Source of the DNA: Lama glama
Lineage: Eukaryota
NCBI GenBank assembly: GCA_028534125.1
Contig: CM052816.1
Location: forward strand, 96,226,001-96,290,000
Direction: 5' to 3'
Length of the DNA: 64,000 nt
Both the position numbers and the translations under genes were made by a program. The notes beneath the pieces were generated by a model, which worked only from the letters and a program-made list of their open reading frames with translations, had not been told where the DNA came from and searched no databases. Below, piece after piece: positions 24,091 through 36,545 of this stretch. Position 1 is the first letter of the stretch. Every line of letters begins with the position of its first letter.

Positions 24091-25929
24091 CAGCACCTGA
24101 CTCCCTGGAACGTATATGCCGAGGGTGAGGATACAGGAATGTGGTTTAAATTAATACTTTGGGATAAAAGAATGTTGCATATAATTTATGACTAGGACAT
24201 TTAAGCTGGCTAACATATCCTTTTTGAGAAAAAAAGTAAGCCATTAGTTGAGTCTGATGAACGGAGTTAATTAAAATCTCCTTTTTGCGCATACACTAGC
24301 CAAGGAAGGCTGTTTTCTTCTCTTAATTCCCCTTTACTATATAAATGGGATGCTGAGCTCCCAGTGCCAAGACCAATTTAATTCATTTGCTCAATTATGG
24401 GTTAAAAGAAAGAACTTTTGAAACATTAGCTGTCTGCCACTTTGGAGTAACAACGGGCTGAATTGATGAACTTTGCGTAATGATCTGTTGCTATGGCAAC
24501 ATGCTGCCCAGTGAGTGGAAGAGGGCATTTCATCATTACCTCACTGATAAATGCTTGGAACAGTAAGGGGTGCAAATACAAAAGGTTTTCTTTTACTCTG
24601 CGGTAACTCTGGGTCCATGAGACAAACACTAAAAATGTCTCTCTGATACAGCAACAGAGCATCAGAGGCAAATGCACAATTGGAAATAAAGGAATTTAGC
24701 TGCCCCACTTAGTGGCCCTGCCACAAGCATCTGTCATCAGAATTGCCACCTGATCTGCTCACAAGTTTAATTTCTATGCTGGATTCAGCACACAGCCAGC
24801 TGAATCATAAACATCCCTTTAAAATACAACAAAACTTAGAAAAGTAATAAGAGGAACACAGAGTCAAGATAAAAGATGTGACCGCCCAAGGCTTTGCAGC
24901 AATCCTGCGTTTTTAGATCCCATTTTCCGGAGCTAGCCCTCTTTGTTTCCTGGTGTGACTTCTTCTTTTCTTAAGACAAAAATTTTATATCTATCAAATC
25001 TGGTACAATCCCATCCTCCGAAGTGTTTTATTGCAACTCAGAGGAAATACATACTTATTCTGTGCTTTGGCAGTGCTTTGGGCTGCTGTTCTCAGGAAAA
25101 ATTAATTTCTCTGGGCCTTTTTCATCGTTTAGGGTTCTCAAGTTCATTAGCATTGAAGCCACTATACTCATAGGGCATAATGACTTTCACTTTAAATATC
25201 GTTTCATTGTTCAAGCTTTAATGAGCTGCAGAAGGCTGTCTGAACACATACAAGTACGAAAAATAAAAAACGATTATTTTTGTTCATAGCAGCAGTAAAT
25301 GTTATACTGAGCTAATCATGTTTCTTTTCCTTCCCTCTCCCCCTCACCCCTTCCTTTCTGCTTTCCTTCTTTCCAAAAAAAAAAGAAAAAGAAAAAAGAA
25401 AGATTACTTTCATAAATTCCTGAAATTTCAGTGAGACTGAAATTCTTGACATCATCCAAAAAGAAACTCACTATAATCAGTGACCTTTTCCTTGGGTACT
25501 GGAAAGCTCATTTTGTTTCCTCTAATTTTCCCCCAAAGATCACTAGGATTATTAGCATAAAGGTTGTGAACAAGGCATCTGCTGTTGAATTATTTTATAA
25601 TGTTTATCAAGCTGCATCAGTTTTTTACAACGTGACATGTTCTGTATCATCTCCTGCTGCTTTTATAGCCCAGAATCATGTGTACAGGGGATTAAGTGAA
25701 ATAAATGACAATATTTGAAAATACTAGGCTTTTACTAATAGAAATCTTCTGTTGTGACCATATAAGGTAAAAAGAAAATTGGCTAACATAATTTATAATG
25801 CCTTTGCATTAGAATTTGAGTCCTAATGTCTTAGGAAAATATGGAAAAATAATTTACAGCCTAGTTTTGAAATTGCTCTGAGCAAGTTATCTGGGTGACA
25901 GAATCATCCTACTCTTGACATAGGGTCCC

Positions 25930-26318
25930 TCTGCTAGTCTGCTCAGGCTGCCTTAGCAAAGACAGCAAAGCTCTACAGATTGGGTGGATGAAACAACAGA
26001 GTATTTATCTCAGCTCTGAAGGCTAGAAGTTCGAGATCAAGGTGTTGGCAGGGTTCATTTCTTCTGAGACCTCTCCCCTTGGCTTGCAGATGAACACCTT
26101 CTAAATGTGTTTTTACATGTGGGTGCACATGTCTGTGTCTTAATTTCCTCTTCTTATAAAGACACCTGTCACATTAGATTAGGAACCATCTATGTGACTT
26201 CATTTTACCTTAATTACCTCTTTAAGGGCCCTGTCTGCAAAGGCAGTCACATTCTGAGGTATTAGGAATTAAGACTTAAACAGAGGAATTTTGAAGGGTC
26301 ACAATTCATCCCATGATA
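25930..26318 (-). mobile_element. MLT1A/B (ERVL-MaLR) solo LTR
   Basis: TAGTCTGCTCAGGCTGCC start, GGCTAGAAGTTCGAGATCAAGGTG, CTCTTCTTATAAAGACACC, CAGTCACATTCTGAGGT and end CCCATGATA. Confidence 0.85.
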
Positions 26319-28044
26319 ATCCATATCTTATTATAAGGTATATTTCATACCAAATGAGAGATTGTTATACTTGACTGTCCTTAGAAAACTATAAAACAGA
26401 ATCTTGTTTAAACTACCAAATCCAGGTTAGTTAACAAACTGAACTTTGAAATGTAGAAATACCAGCTATTTTCTCCCAAAGTCAAAAACAGGGTTAATTT
26501 TCAACTGCTAATAACTAAATTATGTGCCTTAGAATCCGTATTATTTAGAGCATACATTACACATAGGCATTAGTGGTCTAAGAGTCTTATTTTTATGGTA
26601 ATTTTTTCTTTTTTGCTTAAACAAATCTTTTGTCACTTTAAACCCATTTTTTTTTTAGTAGAACTGGAAGAGAATATTCTAGACACTTATCATGAATTTA
26701 TTCTGTTACTTGCTTCCTGAGCTCATGGAAACAAGAGTCCCTAGCCTGGTAGAGAAGTCAGATCTAGCTTGGACTCGGCACCACTTATACATTAGTTATT
26801 TGTGTAGTGAATTCTGTAATAAGACAAGCATGTCCACAAAGCACAGCTCAGTCTTTGTCTTGAATAACAACTACCTCTTTAATACACTGTTTTAGCAGTT
26901 CACCTGATCTTTTAGAAACTCACCAGCCATACTATTACTGGTACACCCTTATAGAGATTACGTATAATATTTTCCACACTTTCAAAACAAAAATAACTTC
27001 AAAAATTTAGAAACCAGCACTTGATTGATATGAAGAGGACCTGAATTTTGGCCCAATTGTCTGCCCTTTGGAACTCAACCTTTCTGGGCTTTGCTTTCCT
27101 CACCCACACAATTCAAAATATTGTTGTAGGTCCCTTCCTACTTGAATGTCCTATGACTGCTTAAAATGTTAGTTTGGAGAACATACTAGTGGTAGATGAT
27201 TTGCATTTAGAGTGGCCACACCAGTTGAGTCTCTCATATCGTCCTCAGGGGCTTACCTTATTGGATTCAGAATATTGACTGAATTAGGAAAATGAAGGTG
27301 GCCTGTATTTTTCTGTTTTTACATCAAGTTTACATCCATGCCACTCTTTTCCTGTGCTTAATTGTGGTATAAATATATCATTGTTTTTTCCTGTTTGTAC
27401 CAGATTTAATATGTCAATTATTCAGACTGTGGATGATGAAAAATCATGTCACCCTTACCATCTCTGTTTGGGAGTTCTGTTGGGGTCATTTGTTTTCTCA
27501 GAAATTCGATACAGAAGCTCTCGTCCAAAAGAGTAGGGACAAGCTTGAGCTCTAATTGGAGGAAAACTCTACAAATTAAACAAACAAAACCAGAAAGAAT
27601 CTTCTTTCATGTTTGTGATTACTTTGTGGCAGTCCATAAGGTTCTGAAATGACTCGACAATAATTGCATTCAGTCTCACAGGACATCTGTGATTTTCCTG
27701 TGGGTGAATTGCCAGGGGGTGATGCCAGGTGGCCAGGTGACGTGTTAGGGACCAGGTTCTATCCCAGGGCCACACTCACTGGCTGGATGACCAAGAGCCT
27801 TCAGTTAGCCTTTGAGAACATACATCATCTTACCTGCAGTAGAAGCTCTAGTGCAAGGATTTTCAAACACTTGTGAAGATGGAAGCCTGTGTTCAGGGGA
27901 AATCATACGGCAAGGCTCAACATGTGAGCTGCAGTGAGATGAAGCCTGTCATGTTGTGGGTCATGAGGTTGTTGCCTCTTTTGGGGTGTGATGGGCACCT
28001 GGCTCTTCAGGGCAGCACTGGGACAGCTCTGTACACGTCCAGGT

Positions 28045-28355
28045 TGTCCAAATACCACAGCCATACCTCATGTGGCTGCTGGACACCTGAAATGTGGTAG
28101 TCTGAATTGAGCCCTCAATTAACTTAGTATTAAAAAAAAAGAAAAAATCTCAATAATTTTATACCGATTATATATTAATGTATTAATATTGGATTAAATA
28201 TTATATTTCATGTTATAATATTTTAGATACATTGGGTTAAATCCAAATTTATAGTTTAAATTTAATTCATTCGCCCTTTTTTAAAAATGTGGCTACTAGA
28301 AAATTTTTTAATTACTTAACATGGTTGTTCTATATTTTTGTTGAATGGTGCTGAT
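28045..28355. mobile_element. MER33/MER3-like hAT-Charlie element
   Basis: GTTGTCCAAAT...CATGTGGCTGCTGGACACCTGAAATGTGG, then AATGTGGCTACTAGAAAATTT...TTGAATGGTGCTG, with an AT-rich core. Confidence 0.7.
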
Positions 28356-29861
28356 CTAGACACACTGTGCGGACTCCCGCCTCCAGGCATCAGTGCTCGG
28401 AGATTCTGTGGGGATTCAAGATATGGTTGTGTTGCTGCTTCCCCAGGTCTCATGTGTAAGCCACTCTGTCCCCGTGAAATTAGTTAGGAATGTCCTGGCA
28501 TCTTTCTTTAGGACCACATTCTGCTCTAAGAACGTTTTTTCATTTAGACATTTTTTTTAATTGTTTGCAGAAAAACTCCTGCATTTTTGCTTGTTTGGTT
28601 TTGTTCTCTTTTCGCTTTCTCTTCCCATAAGGAGCTTGGTAACTCACTTGCTATAGGAAACACACGTATTTTCCTCCGGTGGAGGTGGTGGATCAAGCTT
28701 CAGTGTTTCATGGATCATTTCTTGTGGTTAGAATTGTGGGGGGCAGATTTCCTTATGTCTTTTTCAGGTTAATACTCCACTCTTCTGATAAGCATCAGGT
28801 AAATGTGTCTTCCCCAGCAGTCCCTTCTAAAATTGCATTTGTTACTGTTTCATGTGACAGTGTTCCAGCCTTACCTTAGTAACCATCTTATTGATGACCT
28901 TTGCTTTTTCCTTTGGTCATTTTCCTAATGGCTCACAATACTGAGGTGGAAATGAGTATCTCTCTTATTACAAGAATCCAGTTTTGCCTGTGTATTTTCT
29001 ACCTGCCATCAGATGTGCCTCTGGTCTTCCATGACTTTGTCAGTCACCAGCAAAAATCAATATTAGGGTTTGGATCTACAATCATCTGATGACTTGTGTC
29101 AAGGCGAGTTCTCATGTCACTGGCAAGTGCTTCAGGGAAGCCCTTTTTTTGTTCATGTTCTGGTCTGGTGATGGTGTCTTACATGGTCCTTGTTTTGGGG
29201 GGGTTGTTGTCCCGTTCTCTCATTCCCAGAAATACCTCCTTTGAGGTGTACATACAACTTCTGTTCATCCACAGACAGGTATCTGAACTAGCTTTGCCTG
29301 CCTCACTCTTTAAATAGTTGGTGTCAGGGAGCAGGGGTGGCAGTCACTGTGTTTGCCTGTCTGTGCCTGAACTGTGATACAGGGAGAAAGCATGTGGTCC
29401 TGGTGACTAGGAGAACCCATTGCTTTCTGGAGGAGATGCTACTCATGCGTGTCCTTCACATGGGCAGCAGATGGTGGCTTCCAGTGGGTCAGAACGATGA
29501 CTCTTTCTGGCTACCTCCCAACTGGCTAAGTTTTATGACTTCCAGAAGAGTTCATGGATAAAAAGAGCACATACGCAATCTAAATAAAACTATTCTTCCC
29601 TGTGCATCACGCTGACTTTTTAATTAATGTTTGCTTCGGGATTCCTTGTTACTTTACCTCGTTCATTAGCACTGAAGGGAACCTCCATTTCACGTCCAAC
29701 TCCCTTACAGGATTTTGAAAGTACAGTTCACAGGAAATAAATATCAGTTCTTCTCCTCTCTGAAACTCAGTTTTCTCATCTGTAAAGTGGGAATACTCAT
29801 GCGTGTATTTGTTACATCTTCACCAGCTTACTGAGATGATCAAATGAGATGTGGATATAAT

Positions 29862-30030
29862 GAGGTTGCCAGATTTAACAAATACAAATATAGGGTGCCC
29901 ACTTTAATTTGAATTTCAGATAAACCATGAATAGTATTGAATTGGATATCCTAATAGTAAAAAAAAAAATTCATGGTTTATCTAAAATTCAAGTTTAAGC
30001 GGGCATCCTTTACGTAATCTGTCAATCCCC
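29862..30030. mobile_element. MER53-like palindromic MITE
   Basis: GGTTGCCAGATT...AATCTGTCAATCC termini; inner inverted arms TTGAATTTCAGATAAACCATGAAT and ATTCATGGTTTATCTAAAATTCAA. Confidence 0.8.
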
Positions 30031-31186
30031 TAGGAGAGAATCACACTTCCTGTTCTGCTGAAATTAGGCAGACGTAAGTTCTTCAGCACAATTTTTACAT
30101 TTCCGTGTAAGTAGAACTCTTCATGCCTTCCAAATAATAACCATACTACCAGTTTTGATCAGTCTTAAAAATCTTGCAGTAACTCTGTCTCTCTCACAAC
30201 GAGTAGCTTTAGTTTTCCATTTGCGAGCTAAAATACAAATAGGTGACTGTCAAATTTGTGTCCATGACATAATTAAGTAGTTAACATTTGCACAAAAAGG
30301 CAAATATGAGGATTTGGACCAAAGCAGTGCCAGCCCATGGTCCTGCCGTCAGCTCCGATGTTGCGGTTCCAGAATCAGACGCGCCTCCTCTCTCCTTGGG
30401 GAAGTGATCTGTGATTGACAGGAGGTGCCAATTTTTTCTTTTCTTTCTGATCTCAAAATTTTAAAGATTGACTGAGAAGATTTTCTATATTTCTGGCTTG
30501 TTTTTTTCCCCTGCAGCTGACTTTGGTTAGAGTATTGAATTTCAGGTGTTTGGAAAGTGTGTCTGGTTTTATTTTCCATGGCACATTTTCAGAGCTGGTA
30601 TTTTCTCAGCTGAAACCAATTAAAATGATTTTCTTCCTTCATATTTAGTTTTTGAACCTTTTCACTGAAATATTTGGGAAGTGGGGAGATAATGTCTCTT
30701 GTTTCACCTTCACCCTGACTAATCCCGTAACTCTCATTAAAGGTTGCAATGCCAAAATATTATTCAGGAGTCTTTTTGGCAAATATACAAGTGACAGTGA
30801 CATCCCCATAACAGTTGTGCCATCCTCCATCTTTTCTTCTTTCTTTGCTTCCTTCCCTCACTCATTTGTTCAATCTCACATCCATCACACATTTATTAAT
30901 CTTCACAGGCCCCAGTGATGGCAACTCCGCAGACACCAGAGGACAAAACTGATAATGTCTGCCCTCCTGGTGCCTAGTAATGTCATGTGTAGAAGCCAAA
31001 AAACAAGTAAATTAGTAATTAAACTGTGGCAACTTTTCTAAAGCAAAAACAACAAGTAAGAGCACTGTGAGGGACTCCCAGAGTCCTGCGTTGTGTCCTC
31101 TCGTTTGCTCCTTGGTCTCTTATGAGTCAGGCTGTGACTTTCTGTCACTGAAAGAAAAAAAAGATAACTTTGCTAAGACTTTGCTC

Positions 31187-31847
31187 AGTTACCAAACCAA
31201 ATCCGGGTCCATTCACCAGCGGGCAGTAAAGCCAGTTTACTGACACCAGGTTGTGGTGAAGGAAAGTACAGCGTTCACTGCAATTCTAAGCAAGAGTCCG
31301 GGCAGCTCACACTCGAAAGGTGCAAACTCCCTGATGGCTTTCAGGGAAGGGTTTTTAAAGACCAGGTGAGGGAGAGGGTCACGGAGTGTGTGAGCATCTC
31401 GTGCACAGTTCTCTGATTGGTTGATGGTGAGGTAACGGGGTGATGGCACAAGGGTGAACGTCATCAGCTGTCAGGCTGCAGCCTGTCTGGGAGCCACGTG
31501 TTCCTGACCGCCATGCAGCTAGCTTCTCCCATCTGGTGGGGATTTTAGCACCCATAAAGCCACTCAGGAGCGTGCATCAGACACTGTGTTCTATGTCCTT
31601 CAGGGAGGAACTGAAGGTTCTGTGACTCTACCATACAGCTGATCTGTTGTTTAAATTGTCCCTGGTTCTCCTGGCCCAGCTGCTATCTTTTGATACTACC
31701 TGTTCCAATCACTAACTCTTCAGCTAGACTTTTGTGACTCAGGGAGGTCTGGGAGACTAAAGCTTTTCTAGAAACAAGAGGCCAGCGGAGGAGGACATAG
31801 TGGGGGCTCTGTCCAGGGAAGGCCCTATGGGGTCCTGCTCTGTCACA
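31187..31847 (-). mobile_element. ERV1-class solo LTR (about 660 bp)
   Basis: Ends (A)GTTAC...GTCACA with a near 4-bp TSD (GCTC/GTTC). Minus strand has a CCAAT box (ATTGG near 31416), a TATA-like TTTAAAAA and a U5 segment of the ERV1 type. Confidence 0.75.
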
Positions 31848-32224
31848 GTTCCAGAGCAAGGGTCCTTCAGCCTTACGTCATGTAACTAGGACAGAACATT
31901 CGACTGGAGCGTGATGGAGCCCAGAAGTTCGGATTCACCACTTCCAGTCAGGCTGCTGGCTGCCGGGGATTTGTTTGCTCCGCAGAGTCCCTGATTAAAC
32001 CTGCTTGAACATAGCCATGTCATGTTAGCCCCTCCTTCAAACCATTTCTTGTCTGAAATGCAGGATGACTCAGGCTTTCTTTTGCTTTGTTTTAATGCAT
32101 TGCAAAGAGAAATATATTCCTTGCAATTTCATGGTTATTTTGTGTTTCATATTTATCTGTGTACAGTAAAATTCCCTGACCTGAGAAGAGGTGTCAGCTG
32201 ACACCGTGGTGCCAATCATGTGAC

Positions 32225-32330
32225 AGTATATAGTATCAGTCAACATGTTGTACACCCCAAACTAACACAATGTTATATGTCTCAATAAAGAATTACTATC
32301 TCAACAAAATTATGTCTCAGTAAAACAATT
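32225..32330 (+). mobile_element. Old L1 3' end with degenerate triplicated tail
   Basis: TGTTGTACACCCCAAACTAACACAATGTTATATGTCTCAATAAA, followed by two decayed copies (CTATCTCAACAAAA, TATGTCTCAGTAAAA). Confidence 0.6.
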
Positions 32331-35300
32331 CGGCATATAATTGTGGTGGTCATTCAATAAAGGAAAGGAGGTGGCCCTGCAGATGTAAGGAACATGGCTG
32401 TTGGTGCTCCCAGGAGAGGTCTGACTCTGGGGTGGAGAGAACCAGGAGAAAGACAGATGCAGGGCTGGAGAACGCCCTGACCTGGTTGGTCCTTATGGAC
32501 ATCAAGAGAGGCAGCATCCGCCTGGGGGTGTTGGAGAGTCCCAGAGAAGACTCCTCGCTGTCTGAGCCAGGACACACACTGTCAGAGGAAGATGGCTGGG
32601 TGGCCTCTTCAGCCGGAGGACCTGCACATTCCGGGCCCGCAGCAATTGCAGGCTCTCGGTGGAGGTGAAGGGGAGCTGGAGGTGAAAGGAGGCTCAGGCC
32701 ATGCACAGCCCATGGGTGACTTGGAGCTGCATTGACGCCTGGTGCAGAGGGTCCAAGGCAGGAGAGGGGTGTGGTCACGTGTGCATCCTGATGCTCACGC
32801 CAGGTGCAGTGAGGAGCCCAGGGTGAATGTTCTGGAGCATCCAGGTGAGGAAGGTGTTGTACACGAATGTAAGAGTGCACGAACAGGGGGAGAGCAGGGT
32901 GCAGGCTGAGGAAGGAAAGGCTTCCAGGGAACAGAAAGGGCTCCTGCAAGACCGCTGGGTCTGGATGTGCTGGTGCCAGTGCCGGTGGAACATGGAACCT
33001 GGAATTTCAAGAGGCTCCGCACGTGATGGGATGCTTCAAAGAGTCAGGAAAACCAAGCAGAGGCACAAATGGTGGACAAGCACGTAAATCCACGCTGAGG
33101 AGCTTTCTCTGAACTGCTGAGTCCTGTAGATTTGTTAGATCCCAGTCAGCTGGAAAATCAGATACGAAGTGGGCAGAAATACACTATGAAAAGTTTTGAT
33201 CAATCATGGTTAGTTCTTTTAAATGATTCAAGATCTTTTAAAATGTGTTGTTTTTTCCCCCACCACTAAGAAATGAAAGTGCACATGAGCATACTGATGT
33301 TTGAACTGTTATTAATTTGGTTTCTCAGAGTAATAATCTAGCAGCAAAATAAACAAACAGCCAGGAGTCTTCATTCCCCTGTTGAATAGGATTTAGTTCT
33401 GTCACGTGTGAGTCCTGTGACAGTAGCGTGGCGATAGTCAAAAGGTGACAGTTCCCTGTCTGGACCCCCATCCACGAGCCCCATCCCACCTCCACCCCCG
33501 CATGGCTGTAAAATGTTCTGCTTTATCCCAAAAATCTTTCACTTAAACCCTCATCGGAGCCTTGCTGCTCAATGGGTGGTAGCGGGCCTTGGCTCCTAAC
33601 TTCTGTCTTGGACCATGTCCCATCGCCAGGATGTCTCAAAGGGCAGCAAAGCCTCTGTGATTGTCCCTGCTCTGCAGGAAGGCTGGCCCTTCCCTCTGCT
33701 GGTGGAGACTTTATCTCGGGGTGCTGGGGCTGCGACCTTGTGCTGAAGTCCCCTTCCCTGAAGCTTCCCCCATTTTCCCGTCACTGTGTTGGTTCTGTGC
33801 GTCTTGGATGCCTTTCACTAGGCAAACAAGAACCCAACCATCATTGGGTCAAATTTCCCACCAGCTGGGTGGGAACTGTGGTCTCCAAGTCAAAATTAGA
33901 TTGAATGATACAAATAAAGACAGACATATTTTCTTGCTCACTTGGGTTTGAGCATTTGTTCAAATGCATTTGTTTAAATGCTGCCTTGCTGCGTAGGCTG
34001 CCCCCTTTCCTCTCTCTCTCTCTTTTCCCCACCCTCTTTCTCCGCCACCGCCTCCTTTGCGGGTGCCCTCGCGAACACACGCCTGTCCCTTAAAGATGGG
34101 TGCTAGCTCTTTCATCTTCCTTATGCGTACGTAGCAAGTGTCTTTGTGCTCGAACTTCATCACGAGTCACAGGTTTACCAGCCAACCTAAAATAAACCTA
34201 AGCCATGGTTTACTAATACTGCATATATTTTATATGTATAATTATATACACTATTACATGCATAATGCTCATAGCATTCAGTTCATTATCAATAATGTTC
34301 ACTGGAGATGTTTCAGATACACATTTCTTAATGAACTCAGGATTATATATATATATGTTATATAATATAACATATATGTATATATCCGCATATGTGCTTT
34401 TCTTTAAATGTAAACATCCTCAAACTCTAAGGGCTCTCCTAGGAATGGAAAACTGGAAAGGTATTTTTTGTCCAAATGTCTGAGATTAGCAGACTGATGG
34501 GAGGCCTGGAAAACAGAGGCTCTTGATTTTACTTCTGCTGTTAGATAACTTCATAGCCTCATTGTGTTTACAGAATAAGAATTGTAATGTTTTGACACTC
34601 AGATCCCCATGGGTTTTATTCAGCCGGTGCCTTCAGGATGCTTGGAGGAATCTGCCTGCGGCTCTCAGAGGTGCTTCTAGAGGGCTGGGTTTCAGGTCCT
34701 GGATTTGCAGACTGGTCGCGGGGCCTCACCACAGCGCCCCGGGGACAACAGCACGTGTTTCAGGTCTGTGTCCCGACGCCGGGCACTGGCTGCACCGTGC
34801 CCCTCCCTGGCTGGGAGGACCCTTCTCTGTGCCCCTCACAGTCATGCTGGGGAGTCTGTGTGATTCAGGAGACACTGGGATGCCTGTCCTCGGGCAGGGC
34901 TTAGAGCCGAGCTTATAACTGAATGTAAACAAGTGGTGAGCAGAAAACTGGAGCAGAGAGGGGACTGGCTCAGAGATAGATGTTCAGTCGTGCAGGGATG
35001 AAGCTTCCATGGGGCTGAGACCGAGACGAGCATCCCAGAGAAGAAGCTTTAGAGAGAAAGAGGAAGGAGGGGATAGAGACAGAGAGGCAGAAAGAAAGGA
35101 AGCAGTTGCACCCTTTGCTCCCACATCTCAGCGTTGTTCATCCCCGAGATCTGCTCTGCGGGGACAGTGAAGGCAGCTCCTCTGTCTGACACTGAGAGTC
35201 CAGGGTGGTTTCTCCCGAGGACCCCTCTCAGCTGATGTTCCCCAGGGGATGGCGCAAAGCTGGCTCCTCTGGGCTGCTGGGAGCTTTACTGCGCTCTGGG

Positions 35301-35404
35301 TCTCTAGACTTGCAACTGGACCAGATTTTGGCTGAGTGGCTCTCATCCTTGGTTGTGTGTTATCTCTGCTGAGAGCTGCACGAATGCTGGCGCCTGGCCC
35401 CACA

Positions 35405-35505
35405 GCCAGCACGGCTGATTGAGTAAGTCCCGGGTGGGGCCCAGCATCAGCATTTGTGAAAGATCCTTGGATGACTCTGTGCAGTCAGGCTGGAGAGCCA
35501 CGGTG
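35405..35505. mobile_element. MER5-like hAT MITE fragment just upstream of the exon acceptor
   Basis: CTGATTGAGTAAGTCCCGGGTGGGGCCCAGCATCAGCATTT...GGCTGGAGAGCCACGG. Confidence 0.6.
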
Positions 35506-35567
35506 GCTGGGCTGGTGAGTGGCTGGTGAGCCCTGCTGACCTTACTCTGTCCCCACTGCCCCTACAG

Positions 35568-35775
35568 ATTATGGTACCATTAAGAAGGTGCGGGCGCCCC
35601 TGACTCAGACCTCGGGCAGCTGTTTGCTGGAAGAGATCGAGCTCTTCCCGGAGAGGCGGCCGGAGCCCATCAGGAGCCTACAGATCCTCCACAGCCAGAG
35701 CGTCCTGTTCGTGGGCCTGCGCGAGCACGTGGCCAAGATCCCGCTGAAGAGGTGCCCGTTCCACCGCACGCGCAG
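35568..35775 (+). CDS. SEMA5A: Semaphorin-5A internal coding exon, end of Sema domain (208 bp; about human exon 12)
   Basis: CAG acceptor at 35565-35567, GTAGGG donor at 35776. Translates (D)YGTIKKVRAPLTQTSGSCLLEEIELFPERRPEPIRSLQILHSQSVLFVGLREHVAKIPLKRCPFHRTR(S). Ends in phase 2, matching the next exon. Confidence 0.96.
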
Positions 35776-36289
35776 GTAGGGCAGCCCCGGGGGTCCGCCC
35801 GTGTGCTGGTGCCCCTTGGAGACGTGCCACCCAGAGAGGGCACAGGAACCCCGAGGACTCTCAGACTCCCTGTGGTTGAGTGGGGTGAGGACCTTGACAT
35901 CCTGTGAGTCCCACACCCCAGGATACAGGGTTTGGATGCAAACTGGTTTGCTGTGATGAGTAACACATCAATATCCATGGAGAAGGAGCCACTTTATAAC
36001 TTCTGCGAGCAGATGTCAGGATTAAATTATTCAGGGCTTTATCACACTCAGTGATAATGCTGAGATTTGGTGTTCCTGACGTAACCCAGCACAAGTTTAT
36101 ATATATATATATATGAAGTTTATAATATATACATATATATTCTTGACCCAGTCACTGGAGTATTTTAAACCTCATTTTCTCATCTAACACATAAGAATTG
36201 CTGTAGAATCAGACGGGATAAGTATAGTGTAAAATTTAAACCAGTCTGAAAAGTGAGTATTCTTTCATTTATTTATATTTTCAAAATAC

Positions 36290-36432
36290 GTTTTTGTGGA
36301 AGTACAGTCAGTTTACAATGCAGTGTCAGTTTCTGGTGCGCAGCACAAAGCTTCAGTCATACGTGAACATACATATATTCGTTTTCATATTCTTTCTCAC
36401 CATAAACTACTACAAGATATCCAATAGTATCC
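36290..36432 (-). mobile_element. L1 3' end fragment (same type as 20996-21228)
   Basis: GAAGTACAGTCAGTTTACAATG...TATTCGTTTTCATATTCTTTCTCACCATAAACTACTACAAGATAT is the reverse complement of the L1 at 21060-21195. Confidence 0.85.
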
Positions 36433-36454
36433 TTCTGAAGAAGGAAGGTTTCTA

Positions 36455-36545
36455 TATTTAACTAAAATCATTACTGAATCACTATGCTGTACACCACAAA
36501 CTAACACAACATTGTAAATCAACTATACTTAAAGTATATTAAAAA
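36455..36545 (+). mobile_element. L1 3' end fragment
   Basis: ACTGAATCACTATGCTGTACACCACAAACTAACACAACATTGTAAATCAACTATACTT followed by an A-rich tail. Confidence 0.85.

Noticed and set aside
32350..32949. 199-aa minus-strand ORF
   Set aside because: Low-complexity Pro/Ser/Leu-rich translation of what looks like decayed L2-like sequence; no domain recognised.
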